IMG/VR virus record: IMGVR_UViG_3300012642_000011
Span: 256,001 to 320,000 of that record
DNA: 64,000 nucleotides
Reading direction: 5' to 3' (one strand)
Source of the DNA: a virus
The notes under the pieces were generated by a model. The model worked only from the letters and a program-made list of their open reading frames with translations. It searched no databases and had not been told where the DNA came from. The translations under genes were made by a program, and so were the position numbers. Shown one piece after another: positions 58,446-64,000 of the stretch (positions are counted from its first letter, which is position 1; each line of letters starts with the position of its first letter).

Positions 58446-58710
58446 ATGCTCCTTCTTGACGGATTGATCTTGTTGACACCATCATCTCACATGATCAGCA
58501 GCATGTCAACAGTGAAGATTTATTTCACGACACAAGCAGGTCATGAGGCCAATGCGTGCTGTAGGCACTCATTGGGGACACAAGATTTGAAAGAGGAGAT
58601 TCAACCTCAACCTCAACGATGATGCGGGGTACTGTTGTACGATCTGCACATCTGATACTTCAGGGGCCGTGACATTTGAAATCCGTCCCCCTTTCTGCTA
58701 TTCTGACCAC

Positions 58711-59325
58711 ATGAAGAAGACGATCATGCTCGTAGACATTGATGGCACGCTTGCCATCAACAATACGGCAGAGAGCAAGCCTCTCAACGGATTCAATAGC
58801 GAATGGGCAGAGATGACCATTTCCCGACTGGATCACCCTGAGATGTTCACAGGCGCAGTAGAGCAGTTGGCAAGCATCAATCGCGTCCTTGCCGACGATG
58901 CCAAGATCGAGGTGGCTGTGGACCTGACCATGCTCTCTGCCTTCTCGCAGATCGCTTCCCGCCCCCATGTGGAGTGTAAGTGGCTGACCATGTGGGAAGA
59001 CAAGGCTGTGGACTTGTTCGCTCCGTTCACGGGACTTGGTGAGGAATGGGACGTGCTGAAGAAGGGGGACGCTCCAAGAGATTGGAAACTGAGCGTTCTG
59101 GATCAGGTGGCTGGTAAGAACCCCGATACTCAGATCATCTTCCTTGACGATGACGTAGCCGTGCTCCCCTCTCATTTCGCCGCTTTGGAGGAGATCGTGG
59201 AGTCCCGTGAGAACGTGTTCGTGGTGGTTCCTACTCCTCACGTGGGCTTGACGGCTGTAGAGGTAGGATGGATTGGTTCTGTCGTGGACAATCCGAATAT
59301 GGTGAATGCACTGCTGTGTGAATGA
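58711..59325 (+). CDS. HAD-superfamily phosphatase-like protein
   Basis: Motif I MLVDIDGTLA. Later IIFLDDD. Start uncertain (track 58669, weak RBS). Confidence 0.65.
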   Translation: MKKTIMLVDIDGTLAINNTAESKPLNGFNSEWAEMTISRLDHPEMFTGAVEQLASINRVLADDAKIEVAVDLTMLSAFSQIASRPHVECKWLTMWEDKAVDLFAPFTGLGEEWDVLKKGDAPRDWKLSVLDQVAGKNPDTQIIFLDDDVAVLPSHFAALEEIVESRENVFVVVPTPHVGLTAVEVGWIGSVVDNPNMVNALLCE

Positions 59326-59445
59326 TGCTGGTGAGGTGGGACCAGATCTAAAAGGTCATACCTATCGTGAATGAGGGACACAAGTTTTCATGTAAACAGA
59401 AAGCGGGAGTGAGCGTTGTTCTCACTCCCGCTTTCTAAACCACTG

Positions 59446-59757
59446 TCAGGATGCCTTCAGGGCCTTTGCCTCAGCATGAGCGACGTTGATGCCTGCCACG
59501 TAACCGTTGATGGCGGCGTTCAGGATGGTATCCACCTGCTCGTAGTTGCTTTCAGTACGAGGCGTGGGGCACTCCACGAAGAACTCACCACGCCATTCGA
59601 GGTAGACGTTGTAGCCAGAGCCGTTCTCCACGGACTCTGCCCAGCCTTCGACATCGGAAGCGAAGGCTCCTGAGTAGATGCCGAGGTTATCCGTGTTCTT
59701 GCCGTTGTTTCGGGCTTCCTCGTTCGCGTAGTAATCCGTGGCAATCGCGTAGCGCAT
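59446..59757 (-). CDS. hypothetical protein 103 aa
   Basis: RBS CAAGGGAGAGAAAA. Terminator 59402-59444. Confidence 0.7.
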   Translation of the reverse strand: MRYAIATDYYANEEARNNGKNTDNLGIYSGAFASDVEGWAESVENGSGYNVYLEWRGEFFVECPTPRTESNYEQVDTILNAAINGYVAGINVAHAEAKALKAS

Positions 59758-59845
59758 TTTTCTCTCCCTTGAAAGATGTGGTGTTGCTTTCAGTAGTAAG
59801 CATACCTCATGCAAGGGTGCTTTGCAAGCAGAGGGGACGCTCCAT

Positions 59846-60091
59846 TCACTTCAGGAAGACGATGACCTCTTCCTTCTTCGTGATTGCCTTGTCTGGTTCG
59901 AGGGTCACGAGGCTTTCAGATGCCTTCTTCACCATCTTGAATGCAAGGGCAATCCCTCCGAGTACCATGATGACCAAGGAGATCAGCAGCCCTGCCTGAA
60001 GAGAGTCAGGCCAGCAAATCGCGTTCACGGCACAAGTGAGGAAGAGGGCTACAGTGGTGATGATGTATGCTTCAGGGGCGTAGCGGAGCAT
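59846..60091 (-). CDS. membrane protein about 81 aa
   Basis: Two hydrophobic helices. Start set at the ATG (MLRYAPEA) rather than the TTG track start. Confidence 0.6.
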   Translation of the reverse strand: MLRYAPEAYIITTVALFLTCAVNAICWPDSLQAGLLISLVIMVLGGIALAFKMVKKASESLVTLEPDKAITKKEEVIVFLK

Positions 60092-60280
60092 GGAGGTGCC
60101 TTTCAATGAGGAGTCTCTTCTATCGTTATCAGTCTATGCTACCATAACGGCCAAGCATCTTTGCGAGAACGCGGCATGGGGAATAGGGGGACACAGGATT
60201 GATCAGTGTTTCATGTCTGGGATGCTGAAGGGGGCAGGAGAGGTGTTCTACTCTCCTGCCCCTTCGCCGCAGACGACTAC

Positions 60281-60637
60281 TCAGAGTTCGGTGGAAAGAG
60301 CGCGGGCTACTCCCTTGCTGATATCCTCCATGAGATCACCATGGCGAGTGTACAGATCGTCCCAGATACGATCGTTCAGCGCACCGAAAGAACTCTGAAG
60401 AGATGTGAGATGATTGATCTGGGCACCACTCATATCGTTCAAGATATAATGAGCAGCCCTACAATCCTCATCATCAGGGTAGACCTGATCGATGGCATCG
60501 TGGACATCATCAGCACTCAGAGGCGTGAAACCCTCTTCAGAGCCGATCTTATATGCAGAAATCAGGGCCGATTCGGCATCGGGGTTCTCCCTGATCAGCG
60601 CGTCAAGGCCAGGGTGTCCAGTGGGCTTACTCGTCAT
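60281..60637 (-). CDS. hypothetical acidic protein 118 aa
   Basis: ORF 60281..61030 trimmed to the ATG with RBS CAGGAGAGAAA. Terminator 60228-60278. Confidence 0.7.
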   Translation of the reverse strand: MTSKPTGHPGLDALIRENPDAESALISAYKIGSEEGFTPLSADDVHDAIDQVYPDDEDCRAAHYILNDMSGAQINHLTSLQSSFGALNDRIWDDLYTRHGDLMEDISKGVARALSTEL

Positions 60638-60817
60638 TTTCTCTCCTGTGGGAATCGGATCTTTACTAACAGGATCTACTATACACCAGATCACTGCACT
60701 TAACAACCTATAGGGACGCTCCGCATGAAGACGAATCACTATCGTCATGATGGTTGACAATATGGAGCCTATGTGAGATATTGAAAGTGTCCTGACAACG
60801 AAAGCAAAGGGAAGACC

Positions 60818-61024
60818 ATGAAGATCAACGATGCCTCTGTCGAGGAGTTCCGTAACAAGTTCTGGCATGCCAACCACATCAATCCTCGCTCGTGGGAGGT
60901 GCTGACTGAGGATGACCATGATCTGTGGCGTGATCGCTACCAGAAGTTCATCAACGGGGAGTCCTTCACGATGCCCAACGGATTCAAGACGAAGGGGATC
61001 ACCCTCACCAGCGTGAGCAACTGA
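60818..61024 (+). CDS. hypothetical protein 68 aa
   Basis: RBS AAAGGGAAGACC. Terminator 61040-61082. Confidence 0.7.
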   Translation: MKINDASVEEFRNKFWHANHINPRSWEVLTEDDHDLWRDRYQKFINGESFTMPNGFKTKGITLTSVSN

Positions 61025-61093
61025 CCACACCTGAACTCACAAGCGGGATACGATGGAGTGTTTCATCGTATCCCGCTTTCTTTCCTACTCATA

Positions 61094-61102
61094 GGGGACA
61101 CA
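61094..61102 (+). repeat. GGGGACACA intergenic motif
   Basis: GGGGACACAATATTCAG. Confidence 0.8.
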
Positions 61103-61170
61103 ATATTCAGAACTAAAGCAAAAAGGAGAGGGAGACCATGATGCTATGGTCTCCCTCTCGCGTTTAGCGA

Positions 61171-61830
61171 TCACACAGCGGTCAGAAGGGACTGCACAAC
61201 GTCAGCGTTCGTGATCACGGGGGCAGGGGTGACAGGGAAGGGCTTCACCTTAGTCTTGGTGTGTGCCGACTGGTAGGCGAGGATCACCTGATTACGCAGC
61301 CGCCCAGTGTCAGCCACGGTGTACCCGTTGTCCTTGGCCCATGCGCGAATCTTGGCGGCGTTACGGTTCTTCCCCTTCTTGCTGGGCGACTTGATGAAGC
61401 GATCATCCTTGAAACCGTAAGCCTGAGCGTAGGCGATCAAGAGATCATTGGACAGGCGACCACGATCAGCGGTGGTGTAACCGTTCTCCTTGCCCCATTC
61501 ACGAATCAGAACGGAGTCAGGGACATGCTTGGTCTTGGTGGTCTTGACCTTCTCTTCCTTGGTGTTCAGGACATGGATGCGACCACCAGTGATGCTCTCG
61601 TCAACGGGGCAACCGTGAGCGACGTAGGACTCGACCACGGAGCGGTGCAGACGGCCACGGGTGCCGGTCTGGATACCCTGAGACTTGGCCCATGCCCGCA
61701 CCTGAACGGCGTTGTACGCGACGCCCTCCTTGTCTGCATACGTGGTGATCTGGGAGATCAGGTTGTGGAACTTGGCATCCACCTTCTCATCGGAAATGGA
61801 GTAGGTGGTGTTGTTGATGGTGATGTTCAC
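61171..61830 (-). CDS. Lsr2-like protein with three tandem DNA-binding domains (GTG start)
   Basis: Three repeats: VQVRAWAKSQGIQTGTRGRL, LIREWGKENGYTTADRGRL, AKIRAWAKDNGYTVADTGRL. RBS AAAGGATCATC before GTG. Terminator 61118-61160. Confidence 0.8.
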   Translation of the reverse strand: MNITINNTTYSISDEKVDAKFHNLISQITTYADKEGVAYNAVQVRAWAKSQGIQTGTRGRLHRSVVESYVAHGCPVDESITGGRIHVLNTKEEKVKTTKTKHVPDSVLIREWGKENGYTTADRGRLSNDLLIAYAQAYGFKDDRFIKSPSKKGKNRNAAKIRAWAKDNGYTVADTGRLRNQVILAYQSAHTKTKVKPFPVTPAPVITNADVVQSLLTAV

Positions 61831-61995
61831 GATGATCCTTTGTTCGTGTGCTCTGTTGTGTACTGATCCCATCCTATAACACCGGAGAAGTCAATGCAAC
61901 ATGTGATTCCATTGGTGCGTCATCTGTCGTCATATTTAATGGGGACACAGAATGAGAGCATGCGAGCACTTGGTGAGAGTGCTTGCTCATGGTGG

Positions 61996-62157
61996 TTACG
62001 TGTTGGCAACTACCATCATGCGCCCCACAAGGAATGCCCCGATGATAGCGGAGACAATAAGCATCATGGGGTTGAAGGCATTCAGATAGAAAAATGCGGC
62101 CACACCGATGGCGTTCAAGGTGACGAAGAGAATGTAAAGGAGGGAAATAAATCGCAT
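61996..62157 (-). CDS. small membrane protein 53 aa
   Basis: ORF trimmed to the ATG with RBS AAGAAAGATCATC. Confidence 0.5.
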   Translation of the reverse strand: MRFISLLYILFVTLNAIGVAAFFYLNAFNPMMLIVSAIIGAFLVGRMMVVANT

Positions 62158-62248
62158 GATGATCTTTCTTACAAGCAATGGAAGTGTACTTCCACAGTAT
62201 AGCACAAAACTCCCCTCCGTGTACAAACGGAGGGGAGTTTTTAGCGGG

Positions 62249-62476
62249 TCAGTGATCTGCGATCTGCATTACCACGGCCCAATGGTCGCCAGCATCCTGT
62301 GCTGACCACGACTGGACGTACTGGTTGAGCTTTCGCTTGGGGAGGTTGGGGATCTGGTTGTTGGTGAACATGTCAGTGGCAATCTTTGCTGCCTCATGCT
62401 TGTTCGCCACGTCCATGGGCGAACCGTTCTTTCGAATGGTCTTGCCCACGTTGTGCTTGATGATGATGTTCGTCAT
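62249..62476 (-). CDS. hypothetical protein 75 aa
   Basis: RBS AAAGGAGGACATC. Hairpin 62207-62244. Confidence 0.75.
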   Translation of the reverse strand: MTNIIIKHNVGKTIRKNGSPMDVANKHEAAKIATDMFTNNQIPNLPKRKLNQYVQSWSAQDAGDHWAVVMQIADH

Positions 62477-62622
62477 GATGTCCTCCTTTGACTTCTATAT
62501 TATACCATGTGGACGCTCCATACACAAGTGCCGACTCCACATGTATAATCTTGCAATGGTGTACATATAACGAGAAAGAGTGATCCCCCTACACCATTCA
62601 GGCGAGGGGGATCACTCAGGAC

Positions 62623-62970
62623 TCACTTGTTGTGAGCGGCGCGGTAACGCTTCACGGTGTCACGGGACAGACGGCCACGCTTGCCCTTCTCGATCAGGCC
62701 CTTCTCCTCAGCCCACGCGCGGATCTCGGCGGCGGAGTCGGAGACCACAACGGTATCCTTATCGGTGAACTGGTACTTCTTGCGGATCTTGTTCTTCAGG
62801 ATCTTCTCGGCGTTCTCAGCCACGAACTTGGGGTCCTGGACCTTGGTGGCGGACTTGGCGTTCAGCGGGACGATGTAGATACCCTTGTTCGGGATCAGCA
62901 CCTCCACGGGCTTGGCACCCATCTGCTTGGTGATCGCGTCCTGCAGGAACTTCTTCTGGGTCTTGGTCAT
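62623..62970 (-). CDS. lsr2: Lsr2-like nucleoid-associated protein
   Basis: N-terminus [37 protein letters not shown]-terminus AAEIRAWAEEKGLIEKGKRGRLSRDTVKRYRAAHNK. Paralog of 18996..19337. RBS GAAAGGAAGCATC. Confidence 0.85.
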   Translation of the reverse strand: MTKTQKKFLQDAITKQMGAKPVEVLIPNKGIYIVPLNAKSATKVQDPKFVAENAEKILKNKIRKKYQFTDKDTVVVSDSAAEIRAWAEEKGLIEKGKRGRLSRDTVKRYRAAHNK

Positions 62971-63683
62971 GATGCTTCCTTTCAAAGTGATCATTGTGAT
63001 CAGGATGTGTGTTCTTCTGTCTTGCTGGTATCCATGTTGCCACATTATTTCTTCCGTGTCAACTATGGATCTGCATTTTTCTCAAGGTTCCTTCTGCTTC
63101 TCTGTCGGCTTCCGTTGCCTTGATGAGTACATCATGGCACACCTTTAATCCCCGTGTCAACACTTTTGCCAAAATTTTCTCAAAAATCCTCTGACATGGG
63201 TGTTTACAAGAGAATCAGGGGGCTGAACAAAGGGACGCTCCACGAACTCACACCTGCTGCCTGTTGTAATAATTCTTATATAAGCCTTATATAAGCAAAA
63301 AGAAAGCATACAGGGACGCTCCACATACATAGCCTACAGGTCTGCAATCCTTCCTCTGCGACAAGAGAAGAGCGTTCAGAACACCTCTGCATGGGGACGC
63401 TCCACACATGCGGGATGAGGAGGTCACATCAGTGTGCTTGCTGGACACGCTGTACGCCGTTCTGAGGGCATGAAGGAGTGGCAAGCCATCAATGTTCGTA
63501 CCAGACCTAGAAACGCCCCACAGGGGCACACAGCCTCTCGTGGAAGGGCGTACAGCCGCCTAAGGTGACTTGTGAATCACTCCACGGTCATGGTTTCCCT
63601 GTAGGGACACAGAATGACGAAACATAGACAAAGCACCCTGTGTTCTCCCCGTCAAGAGAGCACAGGGTGCTTCAATGTGTCTA

Positions 63684-64000
63684 TCAGAAATCAGCCTGAT
63701 TCAGAACAGCCTTGACGTTGGCCCGATCCTTCTCAAAAGTGAGAGTACGATCAGCGTTATCGATCAGGGACTGGATCACGTCCTGCTTGGTTTCGTACCC
63801 GTCCTCGATCTCATCCTCGTCCACGTCGTCAAAGAACGTCCACGCATAACCGTTCTTGGTGCTCAGGATAGCATAGCGGCCCATGCCGTCGAAATCGTGC
63901 TCCCACAGAAGAGTGCCCTCAATCTGCTCCCACTTGTGCTTGCGCAGAGTATCCATGACAGGCGTGTAGAGCGCGGTGAAGGCATCCCCGTCAATGACCT
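63684..64000 (-). CDS. hypothetical protein, possibly 5'-truncated at the window edge
   Basis: ORF track gives 63684..63956. The frame stays open upstream to the window end and no RBS precedes the 63956 ATG. Terminator 63625-63680. Confidence 0.5.
   Translation of the reverse strand, partial: VIDGDAFTALYTPVMDTLRKHKWEQIEGTLLWEHDFDGMGRYAILSTKNGYAWTFFDDVDEDEIEDGYETKQDVIQSLIDNADRTLTFEKDRANVKAVLNQADF

Noticed and set aside
1-64000. tRNA genes, integrase, transposase or other mobile-element hallmarks
   Set aside because: I saw no cloverleaf-like segments with tRNA-type conserved positions in the non-coding gaps and no recombinase-like ORFs. Intergenic regions are filled by the promoter, leader, terminator and motif architecture instead.

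Overview
This is a gene-dense, small-ORF segment of a large dsDNA phage genome, with no structural, replication or integration genes visible. At least five ORFs encode Lsr2-like proteins, which point to an actinobacterial host. I call about 114 ORFs, mostly 45-280 aa. Most are leftward; a rightward block spans about 22.4-35.2 kb.

Almost every gene is its own transcription unit. Each has a sigma70-like promoter (TTGACA, a 17-18 nt spacer, then TACTAT or TAGAGT). About 40 of these promoters share an invariant spacer, TGGAGCGTCCCC, and a conserved structured leader of about 55 nt ending in CTCAAGGAGA before the start codon. Each gene is followed by a GC-rich hairpin terminator.

A second motif, GGGGACACA(R)(W)AT, occurs about 75 times. 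By my reading it is always on the + strand, about once per intergenic region, whatever the flanking gene direction. I did not see the reverse complement. I consider this the most unusual feature.

Recognisable products:
- Tpt1/KptA RNA 2'-phosphotransferase
- an Rnl5-type (NgrRnl/DraRnl-like) ATP-dependent RNA ligase
- a calcineurin-type metallophosphoesterase
- two HAD-type phosphatases
- a FemAB-like GNAT-fold protein
- a lipoprotein with a DUF1524/HNH nuclease domain
- a DUF2493 protein
- a CheY-like receiver (REC) domain-like protein

The ligase, Tpt1 and the phosphoesterases could together form an RNA-repair set.

Other notable features:
- six tandem paralogous hexapeptide-repeat (beta-helix-like) proteins with a conserved N-terminal domain
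- a cluster of at least 7 DnaA boxes (TTATCCACA) at about 50.77-50.99 kb
- a promoter plus terminator pair with no ORF, a candidate small RNA
- a 20-bp tandem duplication that frameshifts a small paralogous gene

No tRNAs, CRISPR arrays, transposases or integrases were recognised.
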